From a virus (Duplodnaviria > Caudoviricetes), in IMG/VR virus record IMGVR_UViG_3300027419_000034, positions 1-61,193 of that record: a DNA stretch of 61,193 nucleotides, one strand, 5' to 3'. A program made the translations under genes and the position numbers. Below the pieces are notes generated by a model, which saw only the letters and a list, made by a program, of their open reading frames with translations, did no database searches and had not been told where the DNA came from. Positions within the stretch are counted from its first letter, which is position 1, and each line of letters opens with the position of its first letter. This document shows, piece after piece, positions 1-9,605 of the stretch.

Positions 1-200
1 TTAAAGAATCAGGAAGCCCACTAACTATATCCAATACCCAAACAAGAGGGTCAATAAGTAAAAGCATAGCAGGTAAGAACAATAATTCAAATATAGCTCC
101 AATTAACTCCATTATACCAGCAGCTTCCATAGCTGGTTGTAACATACCTTGAACTGCTCTCTGCGCTTGCATAGCTAAGAACATTACAGAAAGATTTTCT
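1..200. repeat. Terminal direct repeat (copy 1), circular overlap
   Basis: Identical to 60994-61193 except C128 vs T61121. Confidence 0.97.
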
Positions 201-523
201 CCTTTAAATCTACGAGCATCTTTAATATTTTCTCTTAAAGCAATATTACCTGACTTTAAATCCGCAATTCTAGCTCTCTCTAAAGTAATAGCATCAGACA
301 ACTCTTTTGCTAAACCTTTATCTCCTTTTTTACCACTACGTTGTAAATCTAGTCTTTCTGCTGACATATCTGCAATATTTCTAAACTTCTGTTGTATTAA
401 CTTATCTCTAGCAGCTAATTGTTTATATGTAGATTCGGTGGGTGTTCCTAATGGACTAGTCTTAGGAGTAGTTCCAGCAGCAATATTCATCTTTAAAATC
501 CATTCATCGTAATACGTTGCCAT
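1..523 (-). CDS. Tape measure protein, N-terminal part (continues across the junction into 60993..60197; ~439 aa total)
   Basis: ATG at 523 (MATYYDEWILK...) is open through the repeat and in frame with 60197..61177; follows the tail chaperone. Confidence 0.8.
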   Translation of the reverse strand, partial: MATYYDEWILKMNIAAGTTPKTSPLGTPTESTYKQLAARDKLIQQKFRNIADMSAERLDLQRSGKKGDKGLAKELSDAITLERARIADLKSGNIALRENIKDARRFKGENLSVMFLAMQAQRAVQGMLQPAMEAAGIMELIGAIFELLFLPAMLLLIDPLVWVLDIVSGLPDSL

Positions 524-528
524 TCTAA

Positions 529-795
529 CTACCTAAAAGTCATTTGTCTATTCTTATGAGCATACTGTTCTTCCATTTTCTTCTTTCTTTTATTACCTAT
601 TCTTTCAAGAGAATTAGTAATCTCCAAGAACTGCATATAATCCATAGCCAATATATCATTAATAGTATATTGTGGTAATTCCATACAAACACTAACTATA
701 GTGTCACAGAAATCCTCTATATAACTATCATTTTTATATTGTGCATTTGCTAATAAACGTAATTCTTCGAGCGTAATCTCTTTTTTTATAAAGGG
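529..795 (-). CDS. Tail assembly chaperone, -1 frameshift extension (gpT-like)
   Basis: Frame reached by -1 slip at C CCT TTA: IKKEITLEELRLL...YTINDILAMDYMQFLEI...TFR*. Confidence 0.8.
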   Translation of the reverse strand, partial: PFIKKEITLEELRLLANAQYKNDSYIEDFCDTIVSVCMELPQYTINDILAMDYMQFLEITNSLERIGNKRKKKMEEQYAHKNRQMTFR

Positions 796-1127
796 GTGTT
801 TCCACTCTCCTTCATTTGTTTATCCTTTAATCTTTTTTTCATATCGTCTAATTCTTTTCTACTAATAACCTTAACAGCAATAGGAACTTCTTCCATAAAT
901 TCTCCAATATTTCCAACTACAAAAGCCTCAACGTCTTCTCTTACTGCTTCTGGATATGCTCTCATAACCATTGATATATAAGATAAACCAAGTTTCTTCT
1001 TAGAATCTATATTATCAGCAACAAAAAAGGGTTCCATATCCCCAACACTAGGCTTAATAAATACTTCTTTACCCTCTATAGTTATAGAAAGTTTTTTACC
1101 TGCTAATCCATCAAAAGGTGTAGCCAT
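786..1127 (-). CDS. Tail assembly chaperone (gpG-like)
   Basis: 113 aa between tail tube and tape measure; ends in a slippery heptamer directly before TAA. Confidence 0.75.
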   Translation of the reverse strand: MATPFDGLAGKKLSITIEGKEVFIKPSVGDMEPFFVADNIDSKKKLGLSYISMVMRAYPEAVREDVEAFVVGNIGEFMEEVPIAVKVISRKELDDMKKRLKDKQMKESGNTPL

Positions 1128-1168
1128 TTCAAACCAACTCCAAACAATTAATACTATTTTATAGCTTC

Positions 1169-1486
1169 TTATTCATAAGTGTTTCCATCAATAGTTAAAG
1201 ATTGTTTACCAGCATTACTATCCTTACTTATAATATTAACTATTTCTACTATCTTTGCTTCTAAAACTTCTAACTTACTTTCTAATTCGTTAGTTTTTTT
1301 TAATAAAGCAACTAAATCATTAGAGGATTTTGCAGATAAATGGTCGTGCCAAACTTTCATCCAACGACAATTACCATAATTCTTCTTGCAATCTGCTTCC
1401 CATTCTTGAAATAAGTCATATGGAAAACCAGATGCTACTAATCCCCAAGTAACATTTTCTTTTATTATAGAACCCTCATTCGACAT
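1169..1486 (-). CDS. Hypothetical protein with coiled coil
   Basis: 105 aa ORF with GGTGG RBS. Confidence 0.7.
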   Translation of the reverse strand: MSNEGSIIKENVTWGLVASGFPYDLFQEWEADCKKNYGNCRWMKVWHDHLSAKSSNDLVALLKKTNELESKLEVLEAKIVEIVNIISKDSNAGKQSLTIDGNTYE

Positions 1487-1498
1487 TTCAAACCACCA

Positions 1499-1527
1499 AA
1501 ATAAAAAAAAGAAAAGAGAAGTAAAAA
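1499..1527 (-). terminator. Archaeal-type oligo-U terminator
   Basis: T-rich run on the minus strand after the tail tube/micropeptide; similar runs at ~7545-7577, ~9568-9580, ~10932-10962. Confidence 0.5.
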
Positions 1528-1566
1528 TTACTTCTTCTTTGCTTTTGCTTTCTTCTTTGCTACCAT
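1528..1566 (-). CDS. Putative 12-aa lysine-rich micropeptide MVAKKKAKAKKK
   Basis: Strong AGGAGG RBS upstream, followed by a U-tract. Confidence 0.5.
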   Translation of the reverse strand: MVAKKKAKAKKK

Positions 1567-1584
1567 TTTATTCATCCTCCTTTT

Positions 1585-2184
1585 TTAAGCAGTCATATAT
1601 TCTACATAGAAGTCTCTTGGTAAGCATTTTGCTTCGATATCAACTTCCCATCTTCCATCTGCACCGGGTAATTTATAATCTCCAACTTTAGTTATAAATG
1701 CATTATTTAAAGCAAAGTAAACTTTATAAGTTGTAGATTGTAATGCTCCAACTTGATTGAGTTTAACTGCTAATGCAGAGTTCTGTCTTTCTTTTCCAGA
1801 TGCAGTTTGACCAACTTGATATCTAACTCCAGTTTCAGTAGTAGATATTGCTGTTCCTGTTGAACCCATAAAGAAAGGTTCGGTCTTAGCAACATCAGTT
1901 ACAAGTAAAGTTCCAGTTAAAGTTGCAAGAGAATATGGTTTTTCTACTAATTCTGCGTTCTGGAATCCGGCAGAGTCTACTCCTAAAGTATCTTCTATTT
2001 CTACATCTCCAGATGGAGGAGTAATAGTTACATTCTTTAAGACATTTTCAAGTTGAACTTCTCCAGTTAAAGCTACTATTTGTGCATAAACAGAACTAGT
2101 TGTTGCTACTGTTGCTATTGCAGGGCCAAGAACTGCTGATGTTTCTTTTGCTTTCCAAGGTTTTACTCCTGTATATCCTGTCAT
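1585..2184 (-). CDS. Major tail tube protein
   Basis: 199 aa, beta-rich, canonical position upstream of chaperone and tape measure. Confidence 0.7.
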   Translation of the reverse strand: MTGYTGVKPWKAKETSAVLGPAIATVATTSSVYAQIVALTGEVQLENVLKNVTITPPSGDVEIEDTLGVDSAGFQNAELVEKPYSLATLTGTLLVTDVAKTEPFFMGSTGTAISTTETGVRYQVGQTASGKERQNSALAVKLNQVGALQSTTYKVYFALNNAFITKVGDYKLPGADGRWEVDIEAKCLPRDFYVEYMTA

Positions 2185-2217
2185 TTTATATTACACCTCA
2201 CTATATTTTCAATCAAT

Positions 2218-2892
2218 TCAACGTATCTTTCCAAGTTTACTTAAGTATAATCTATAATGTTCTTTTACTTTTCTATCTCTTAAATCTTTATTTTTATCTG
2301 TTTTTGCTTGCATTCCTGTAGCGTATATTGATACTCTTCCTTTTGATTTGTTGATAGAAGTTCTAGTTTTTGTTTTATAAGTATCATCTATTGCGTCTTG
2401 TAATGCTCTATGATATTCTGATGAAGTTAATTTAGCTTCTTGTATTACATTGTGTTCGTTGTCTGCTCCTTTGTTTCCAGAGAACATTATTCCTTTTGCA
2501 TTTGGGTCGTGATATCTTGTTCTTACCCATTCTTTTAAATCTGCTAATCTTTCTATATTTCCAGTATGACCCTTTGTTAATGGTATAAAGTGCTTATATT
2601 TTGAAGATGGAGAGAAATATCTTGCTACATATGGTATTGTCATTACATAACTATTCTTTGCTATCTTTTTTAATTTTACTCTTTTCATCATTGTTCCTTT
2701 GAAGAGTTTTGCTCTTTGTCTATAACTCATTGCAAATTTATGAGCGTATGTTGCTCCTACATATCCTATTGACCTTTCTGCTATTTCTTGCATAAGTGTT
2801 GTTGATATATTTTCTAATCTTTCTTTTATTGCATTATTGATACTGTCTGTGTCTAATGGAGTCATTACTGTGTTATCAAAAGTGTTAGCCAT
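2218..2892 (-). CDS. Putative neck/tail completion protein
   Basis: Basic 224 aa protein in the neck-tail block; positional inference. Confidence 0.5.
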   Translation of the reverse strand: MANTFDNTVMTPLDTDSINNAIKERLENISTTLMQEIAERSIGYVGATYAHKFAMSYRQRAKLFKGTMMKRVKLKKIAKNSYVMTIPYVARYFSPSSKYKHFIPLTKGHTGNIERLADLKEWVRTRYHDPNAKGIMFSGNKGADNEHNVIQEAKLTSSEYHRALQDAIDDTYKTKTRTSINKSKGRVSIYATGMQAKTDKNKDLRDRKVKEHYRLYLSKLGKIR

Positions 2893-3347
2893 TAGTATCT
2901 AATATCCTTTTCCATTGTTAATTGTATTGTTCTAGCGTGTATTCTTTTACCAGACTCGTTAGTAAACTGGTCATTATCTGTAGTAGTATATATATTGAAG
3001 TAAGCATTTTCTCCAAAGTATGTTTCATTAGAGTTAAGTGTATGAGTTATACTACCTGATATAGAATCTAATTCTGTAGATTTTCTTGAATATACTGTAA
3101 TCTCGTTATAAGTAGTGAATGTTTTTGTATTTCTATCAGTAGTATCAATATTAATATTATTTATCTTTGTATTACTTATAGTTATTATTGGATAATAAGA
3201 CATATCTTCTATGGCTTCGTCTGGAAAGTTTGCGTAAATCCACTTTGTTCTAGCTGGTGTTATTGGGTCTGTTACGTTGGCTAGAATTAAACTGTAGATT
3301 AGTTGCCACGATTCACTATAGATTACAGAATCATCTGTCTCTGTCAT
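2892..3347 (-). CDS. Putative tail terminator protein
   Basis: 151 aa, YPIITI motif, position. Confidence 0.55.
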   Translation of the reverse strand: MTETDDSVIYSESWQLIYSLILANVTDPITPARTKWIYANFPDEAIEDMSYYPIITISNTKINNINIDTTDRNTKTFTTYNEITVYSRKSTELDSISGSITHTLNSNETYFGENAYFNIYTTTDNDQFTNESGKRIHARTIQLTMEKDIRY

Positions 3348-3635
3348 ATAAGCAAGTCACTTGCGTAGTTTAACTAGAATCATTCCAGTCACTATAGTAG
3401 TGGTGACTTCTATTTAATAAAGGTAATCATATAAGTTTTATATATAAATCTTATATATATTCATAGAATTAGTTTAAAAGAAAAACAAAGGTTCAAAAGA
3501 TAGGTCTAAACGAAACGCTAGATATCACAGATTTGCATAGAAAAGTGTTAGAACTCAATCTGTGAAGGCTAGAACATACCAATTGAAGAGTATTTGATTT
3601 GATAACCACTTACTATCAAAAGGGTGATACTAAAA

Positions 3636-3980
3636 CTAATACCTTCTAGCAATTAACTCGTAATGACCCGGATTCTTTATATAAGAAACGATACGATACA
3701 CAAGACTATCCCAAGTAAGAGTATCATCCATCTCGATAAACGATGAATAAGTCTCCCTAGAAGAAACAAAAATCTGTAAATCCCCATCTTGCAAACGCCC
3801 TTCTGAACGGTCTACATCATTAAGAGCAACAACCTGAACACTACCAGACAAAACATAATCAACAGTAGTATCAGTAGTATCTCCCCTATCATCCATAACC
3901 GTTCCAGTAATATGATGAAGAGTAAAAGACTCCTTAATACCCGGATAACCCAAAACACCACTAACATCAAAATAAGACAT
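3636..3980 (-). CDS. Head closure protein (SPP1 gp16-like)
   Basis: 114 aa, DDRGD...GSVQ...EGRLQDGD...YRIV pattern, position. Confidence 0.65.
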   Translation of the reverse strand: MSYFDVSGVLGYPGIKESFTLHHITGTVMDDRGDTTDTTVDYVLSGSVQVVALNDVDRSEGRLQDGDLQIFVSSRETYSSFIEMDDTLTWDSLVYRIVSYIKNPGHYELIARRY

Positions 3981-4918
3981 TAATAAAACACCGGCACTCT
4001 AAAGTTAGGATTATTAGGAATAATATATTCACCCAAAACAACAGGGTCAGTAGGCATCCTAATGAAAGGTTTCTCCTTAATACCCTGCACATATTGTCTA
4101 AACTTATCCATATGCAAATCAAACTGAGTCTTACCACCACCAGAAACACTAATCTTACCAACTCTAAACGAAGTAGAATTAATTGGATTAATCTTCTGAC
4201 TACCCATAGCAGCAACTAACTCAGCAGTAGCTAATTTAATACGCATATCAGCAGGGTCTTCCAAAACAGGAACACTCATATACTCTACAAAAAGAGTATC
4301 AGAACCAATAGGAGCAGTAGAAACAACAAACTTACCAATCTTAGCATCAATACTAGATACAGTTAAAACCGTTCTAACTCCCTCAGTATCAATAGTAAAG
4401 ACATATAAATCATCAGAATCTACCAAACCATCACAATTCTTATCTCCTAAAATAGGATTACGAACATAGAAAGTAGTATTAGACCCATCAATCTTATTCT
4501 CCTTTTCAGGACTAATATAACTAACCTGCTCAGCATACTCCTTATCATAAAACTTACCAATATCTCCATTTAAAAGAGTAATAGCAAACTTTTGAAACTG
4601 TAATAACTCAGTATCAGTAAGTTCAGTAGAAGCAAAACCAGTAAGTAATCTCAAATCATCAACGGTGCAATAACCGTGAGCAGTTCCACCACGAATAGGT
4701 TTAGAATAACTAGAATACTCCGCTTTAGCAGAATCATAGAAACGAATCTTATACCAAAGATTATTAGTTCCATCAATATCAAAATAACTATTATCAGCAA
4801 TAGCTTGATTATTAAGAGAAACATAAGTTCCATCCTGTGCAGTAGAACGATAAATATAAGTAAGGTCATAACTAGCCTGTGTAGGGTCTGGTATCTGCCA
4901 TTTAAGTGTAACTCCCAT
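3980..4918 (-). CDS. Head-tail adaptor with N-terminal Fn3-like domain
   Basis: N-term LKW..P...YIYRS...WYKIR; YCTVDDLR adaptor-like motif. Confidence 0.55.
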   Translation of the reverse strand: MGVTLKWQIPDPTQASYDLTYIYRSTAQDGTYVSLNNQAIADNSYFDIDGTNNLWYKIRFYDSAKAEYSSYSKPIRGGTAHGYCTVDDLRLLTGFASTELTDTELLQFQKFAITLLNGDIGKFYDKEYAEQVSYISPEKENKIDGSNTTFYVRNPILGDKNCDGLVDSDDLYVFTIDTEGVRTVLTVSSIDAKIGKFVVSTAPIGSDTLFVEYMSVPVLEDPADMRIKLATAELVAAMGSQKINPINSTSFRVGKISVSGGGKTQFDLHMDKFRQYVQGIKEKPFIRMPTDPVVLGEYIIPNNPNFRVPVFY

Positions 4919-4932
4919 AATAAATCACCAAA

Positions 4933-5946
4933 TCAATATCTTCTAGCAACCAAAGCAATATCATCATCTAACAACGAACAAACTGAAATATCATTATAAA
5001 TCTCAGTTTCAAAAGCACCAGTATTAACAGTATCATAAGTAGTAACTAATTCAATCAATACCTTATATATATTCTTTATTATAGAATCAGAAGTAGAAAC
5101 ATTCTCATTCAAAGTTCTATTCATCAACTTCTTTACACTATCAGCAGAAGAAACTACCTCATCAAACGGAGTCTTAGTAATAAACTTATAAATATAATCT
5201 CCAACAGAACAATTCTGTAATAAATGAAAAGATATATCTTTAACTATATAATCACTAGAAGTAACATTTTCTAAAAGAACCTTAATAGGATATTTAGTAA
5301 TATAATCAGAAGTAGATACAGTCTCATTAAACCTAGCAAACTGACCCCTATACATATAATCAGAAGAAGTAACTCCATCATCTAACCAAATAGAAATATA
5401 CTTATTAACACTATCAGTTAAAGATATAGTTTCTTTTCTTATTATACTAATATCCTTACCAAAAGAATCACTAATAGTAATAGTCTCAGAAAGAACTTTA
5501 AGAGTATCTTTAGTAATATAATCAGATAAAGTAGAAGTCTCTAAAAATACTTTACTTGGTTTCTTATAAACATAATCACTAGAAGTAACTGTCTCTAATA
5601 ATTCTCTAACCACTACTTTAATAATTCTAACAGAATCAGTAGAAGTAACATCTTCAAACAAAACTACAGAAAGATACTTAGGTAAATAATCAGTAGTAGT
5701 AATAGATTCAGAAAGAAATATAGAAACATCTTTAATATTAGAATCAGTAATAGTAACTATTTCACTAAAATTAACTTTAGGATAAGACAATCTATAATCA
5801 TTACAAGTAACAGTTTCATCAATAACTATATCTATATCTTTAGAAAACGTATCAGTAGAAGTAACTAATTCACTATCCATATAAGCAGAGTTAAATCTCT
5901 CCACACCGAACTTGGCAACACCAAACGTAGGAATACTCTGAACCAT
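4933..5946 (-). CDS. Repeat-rich virion protein
   Basis: ~18-aa repeats (L/F-x-E-x-V-x-x-S-D-x-x-x-K). Confidence 0.65.
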   Translation of the reverse strand: MVQSIPTFGVAKFGVERFNSAYMDSELVTSTDTFSKDIDIVIDETVTCNDYRLSYPKVNFSEIVTITDSNIKDVSIFLSESITTTDYLPKYLSVVLFEDVTSTDSVRIIKVVVRELLETVTSSDYVYKKPSKVFLETSTLSDYITKDTLKVLSETITISDSFGKDISIIRKETISLTDSVNKYISIWLDDGVTSSDYMYRGQFARFNETVSTSDYITKYPIKVLLENVTSSDYIVKDISFHLLQNCSVGDYIYKFITKTPFDEVVSSADSVKKLMNRTLNENVSTSDSIIKNIYKVLIELVTTYDTVNTGAFETEIYNDISVCSLLDDDIALVARRY

Positions 5947-5951
5947 TTAAA

Positions 5952-6215
5952 CTACTTCACAGTTTTTAAACTATTAATAGCACTAGTTAAATCATTATCA
6001 GAAACAATACCCTTATCTTTAAGTGCTTTTATAAAAACTTCTATAGAATTTTTATCAGCTATCTCTAATGCACTATTCATACGTTCTGTTAAAATACGAC
6101 CTTCATCTTTATAAGAATTAGAAGGTTCTATAAGTAAACGAACAATAGTTCCATTTTCCTCACGATAAATTTCCCATTTGCCATCTTTGTCAGTTTCATA
6201 TTCCATAGAAATCAC
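5952..6215 (-). CDS. Hypothetical protein
   Basis: ORF coupled to the upstream fibre gene. Confidence 0.6.
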   Translation of the reverse strand: MISMEYETDKDGKWEIYREENGTIVRLLIEPSNSYKDEGRILTERMNSALEIADKNSIEVFIKALKDKGIVSDNDLTSAINSLKTVK

Positions 6216-7519
6216 TTATAACCAAAGAGTATATACTTAGTTCCAGTTCCAAAATTTTCACTATCATTCATAAAAACAGTAATACGACTAACTTCATCTG
6301 TAGCATTTGTCCAGTTTCCACCAACCTGAAAAGTTCCATCCGAAGAACCACCATTAATCATAACCGTTTTTATATATGCATCTGCACGATTATTTACAGT
6401 AAATTGAAGAAAAGTTCTAATAGAATTACCCATAGTAGTATTTCCACCAGTTCCAAATGCTGTATTATCTGGAGTATCTACACCACTAGAAGTAGTTGAA
6501 TAAGAACGAGCAATATGATAAGAATAATGACCTGCTGTGCTATCATTATTAAGTCTAAAATATGCAATCTTATTATTAGTCTGAGTTCCACCAGCTATAA
6601 ATAAATCAAGAACAGCATAACCAGCAGCAATAGAAGTAATATCTATAGTAGCAGCAGGAGAAGCAAGAGTTCCACTTGTAATCTTTGTAACTGCACCCGC
6701 AGGAGCAGCACTCGTCCAATTAGTTCCATCCGAAGTCATAACATTTCCAGAAGTCGAAGGAGCAGCATAAGTCTCAGTAGAAGCCAACCAATTAGTCCCA
6801 TCAGACTTAATTACCTTACCAGACGTAGCACTAGCATTAGGAAATGTAGGAGTAGAAGCAATATAATTAGTTCCATCTGAAACAATTATCTTACCAGAAG
6901 TTGCAGAAGCATTAGGATAAGTTGGAGTAGATAAAACAATATTAGTTCCATCACCAACTAAAATTTTACCACTAGTAGCAGAATTAGGATAAGTAGGAGT
7001 AGACCAAACCGGAGCAGCAGTAGTTCCAGCAGAACGTAATATCTGACCAGCATTACCATTAGCTAACATAGAAGTATTATCAGCAGAAGCCTGATATGGT
7101 ATAGTTCCACCAGACCCACCAGCCAAATTAGTAGACTTAGTAGCAGTAGCAGCATTACCTGTGCAAGAAGCACTAGAACCATCAATACTAGTAATACCAG
7201 TTAAAGACTGAGCAGCAGAACCACGATTCAAAGCAATAGAAGTAGTCCCAATATAATGAGTATCATCCTGACAAGCCAAAGTTCCGTTCTTAGCTTGCAT
7301 AGTTGCAGTATAATTAGAAGCACCAGTATTAGCAGTAGAAACAGTAGTAACTCCTGTGCTAGTTCCCTTCATCAAAATTTTATCCTTATCAAAAGTCTTA
7401 GCACCAGTAATAGACTCATCACCAGCCTTAGCAACCTTAGACTTCTGGTCAGTAACCATATCATTCCAATCAGTAGCAATAATTAAATCATCAGTTACCT
7501 TAGTAGTGTCCCAAGCCAT
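6212..7519 (-). CDS. Fibre-like virion protein
   Basis: G/T/S/A-rich; four ~25-aa repeats STPTYPNASATSGKxxxSDGTN. Confidence 0.7.
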   Translation of the reverse strand: MAWDTTKVTDDLIIATDWNDMVTDQKSKVAKAGDESITGAKTFDKDKILMKGTSTGVTTVSTANTGASNYTATMQAKNGTLACQDDTHYIGTTSIALNRGSAAQSLTGITSIDGSSASCTGNAATATKSTNLAGGSGGTIPYQASADNTSMLANGNAGQILRSAGTTAAPVWSTPTYPNSATSGKILVGDGTNIVLSTPTYPNASATSGKIIVSDGTNYIASTPTFPNASATSGKVIKSDGTNWLASTETYAAPSTSGNVMTSDGTNWTSAAPAGAVTKITSGTLASPAATIDITSIAAGYAVLDLFIAGGTQTNNKIAYFRLNNDSTAGHYSYHIARSYSTTSSGVDTPDNTAFGTGGNTTMGNSIRTFLQFTVNNRADAYIKTVMINGGSSDGTFQVGGNWTNATDEVSRITVFMNDSENFGTGTKYILFGYK

Positions 7520-7577
7520 AAACTATCAACTCTTAAAGAATTAGAAATAAAAAAAAAGAAAAAAGAAAAAAGAAAAG

Positions 7578-8054
7578 TTACGAATACTTTACTTTCCAAG
7601 TAATCTGCAACGAGTCTCCATCCCCTACGTTAATGTCACTCATACTCTGAGCGCAAGTCATAGTTCCAGTCGAAGCAGCATTAAACAAACCAGATTCTCT
7701 AACAACTTCTGCTCCAGTAAAAGTAACAGTAGCTACAGCCTGTGCAGTATCATTAGTATCAGTAATAGTAACAATAGAAGTTGTAGCACTCTCTCTATGA
7801 GTCTCAGTTCCAAGAGTAGTAGAGTTCTTAGTAAAAGTAGTAGCTACCGAACCAATCGCAATATGAGAAACGGGGTCAATAGTAGTTCCAATCAATCTAG
7901 CACTCATCTGATTCTTACCAAGAATAGTAACCACGTTCTTCTTAGTAAACTGTAACTTAACATTGCCTCTAGAATCACGCAAAACGTATTCTACCATACC
8001 CTTAACAGAAGGGTCGTCAGTAAAAGCATAACCCGAAATCATTTTATCCAACAC
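7578..8054 (-). CDS. Virion structural protein (fibre/baseplate-associated type)
   Basis: NVVT..G, IAIG, ESGLFNA, GDSLQITW motifs common in phage structural proteins. Confidence 0.6.
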   Translation of the reverse strand: MLDKMISGYAFTDDPSVKGMVEYVLRDSRGNVKLQFTKKNVVTILGKNQMSARLIGTTIDPVSHIAIGSVATTFTKNSTTLGTETHRESATTSIVTITDTNDTAQAVATVTFTGAEVVRESGLFNAASTGTMTCAQSMSDINVGDGDSLQITWKVKYS

Positions 8055-8056
8055 CT

Positions 8057-8221
8057 CTAATATAAAACTATTTTTTGAATATCATAAAAGTCAGAAGAAA
8101 CATCAAAGCTAATCTTAACTTCTCTCTGTTCTCCAGAACACTTTATATTACCATACTTATCTCTCAAAATATAACCAAGGATATCCGAAGTATTAACATT
8201 TTGAGTAATCCCACTATTCAT
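8057..8221 (-). CDS. Small protein resembling the N-terminus of 7578..8054
   Basis: 54 aa, GYILRDKYGNIK vs EYVLRDSRGNVK; GAGGT RBS. Confidence 0.55.
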   Translation of the reverse strand: MNSGITQNVNTSDILGYILRDKYGNIKCSGEQREVKISFDVSSDFYDIQKIVLY

Positions 8222-8250
8222 TTTGTAACCTCAACCTTATAAAACTATGG

Positions 8251-8598
8251 TTAAAGGACATTAACCTTATTAGCACATAGAGTATAACATTGTCTTTTAC
8301 CCTTATCAACGCACTTAGTAACACACTTAACCAAATTAATAGTTCCGTGATACTGCTCTTTTAAACTCCTACCCAAATAACCAACATTCTCATCACGAAT
8401 ATCAAAAGCAAACTTTAAAATAATAAGATTAGTAACTAAACCAATAAATTCGTGATAATCAGAATAAGTAATCTCACTAAGATAAGTAAGAATCATCATT
8501 ATAGCTAAAGCCCTAATATGATTAGAACCACGCATTATAAATAATGCAAATGCAAAAAACCAAATAACTATAATTAAAATAGGTATAGCCTCTATCAT
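8251..8598 (-). CDS. Membrane protein
   Basis: Three hydrophobic segments. Confidence 0.6.
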   Translation of the reverse strand: MIEAIPILIIVIWFFAFALFIMRGSNHIRALAIMMILTYLSEITYSDYHEFIGLVTNLIILKFAFDIRDENVGYLGRSLKEQYHGTINLVKCVTKCVDKGKRQCYTLCANKVNVL

Positions 8599-8885
8599 TT
8601 CTTTTCACCAACAACGATAAGTGCAACCTTCTTAGAAAGTTGTTCTATAATATATGCACCTGATATGGCCGAAAAGAAAGATACATAAGGGCTATGGTCT
8701 ACAACCAAAGCAGTAGAAACTCCAACAACGAAGTTACCCAAGAATCCAACATTCCAACCAATGACATCTCCATTCTCATTACGAATCTTATGAGGCATCA
8801 TAACATTACCATTAGATTCCAAAACAGATTTAACAGCACTTCCAGCAATACCACACAATACATACTGGACAATAGCATCCATCAC
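8595..8885 (-). CDS. Small membrane protein (holin-like)
   Basis: Gly-rich TM segments; GFLGNFVVG. Confidence 0.5.
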   Translation of the reverse strand: MMDAIVQYVLCGIAGSAVKSVLESNGNVMMPHKIRNENGDVIGWNVGFLGNFVVGVSTALVVDHSPYVSFFSAISGAYIIEQLSKKVALIVVGEKK

Positions 8886-8904
8886 AATGCAACCCCTAAG
8901 AAAA

Positions 8905-9066
8905 CTAAATCTTTACAACAGCATTAACTTTAGATGCTCCAACATCATAAAAGAAACCAACAATAGTATGGTCTGGAACATTCTCATTAGACAACTGCTG
9001 CACCACCTCTGCAAGAGTGCCAACATAAGTCTTATAATTTGTATAAACTGCAACAGTAACGGTCAT
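8905..9066 (-). CDS. Small hypothetical protein (53 aa)
   Basis: MTVTVAVYTNYKTY...; same strand as operon, fills gap. Confidence 0.55.
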   Translation of the reverse strand: MTVTVAVYTNYKTYVGTLAEVVQQLSNENVPDHTIVGFFYDVGASKVNAVVKI

Positions 9067-9072
9067 TTAAAT

Positions 9073-9216
9073 CTACTCCTTAACCTTATCTTCATTCTCA
9101 GTAGACTTCCAACCAGTAGCCTTAAAAGGAAGTTTAGCATCGCCAACCTTCTCTTTAATAAAACCAGCAAGGTCTCCCTTTTTAATAACAATTGGGCCTT
9201 TTATCTTAGTAACCAT
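9073..9216 (-). CDS. Small hypothetical protein (47 aa)
   Basis: MVTKIKGPIVIKKG...; AGGTG RBS, fills gap. Confidence 0.55.
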   Translation of the reverse strand: MVTKIKGPIVIKKGDLAGFIKEKVGDAKLPFKATGWKSTENEDKVKE

Positions 9217-9219
9217 ACT

Positions 9220-9546
9220 CTACACCTTTTTATCAGTTGGATTTAAAAACAATTCTATAGCAATAGCCCTATCATTGTTCATTCCCCAATTACCAACAAT
9301 CTCATCTTCAATTGTTTTCTTAAGGAACAAATAATCTCCATCTTCTAACTCCAAGAAATTATTTTTTTCTGAATTTTCAAAAGCCTTACCAAGTCTATTA
9401 AATAATCTAAACTTATCTATACCCCTTGGCATAAGTTCAGGTTTCTTTGAATTAATTAAAATCTTTAAAACCATTATTGTATTTTCTTTAGTAATATTAC
9501 CATTACCATCATTAATCTGCCATTCTTTCATTTCAACAATCTTCAT
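9220..9546 (-). CDS. Hypothetical protein
   Basis: 108 aa, GAGGAG RBS. Confidence 0.7.
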   Translation of the reverse strand: MKIVEMKEWQINDGNGNITKENTIMVLKILINSKKPELMPRGIDKFRLFNRLGKAFENSEKNNFLELEDGDYLFLKKTIEDEIVGNWGMNNDRAIAIELFLNPTDKKV

Positions 9547-9605
9547 TTAAATCTCCTCTTCAATAATCAATAAAAAAAATAATAGTGGGAAAACCCACTT
9601 CAAAT

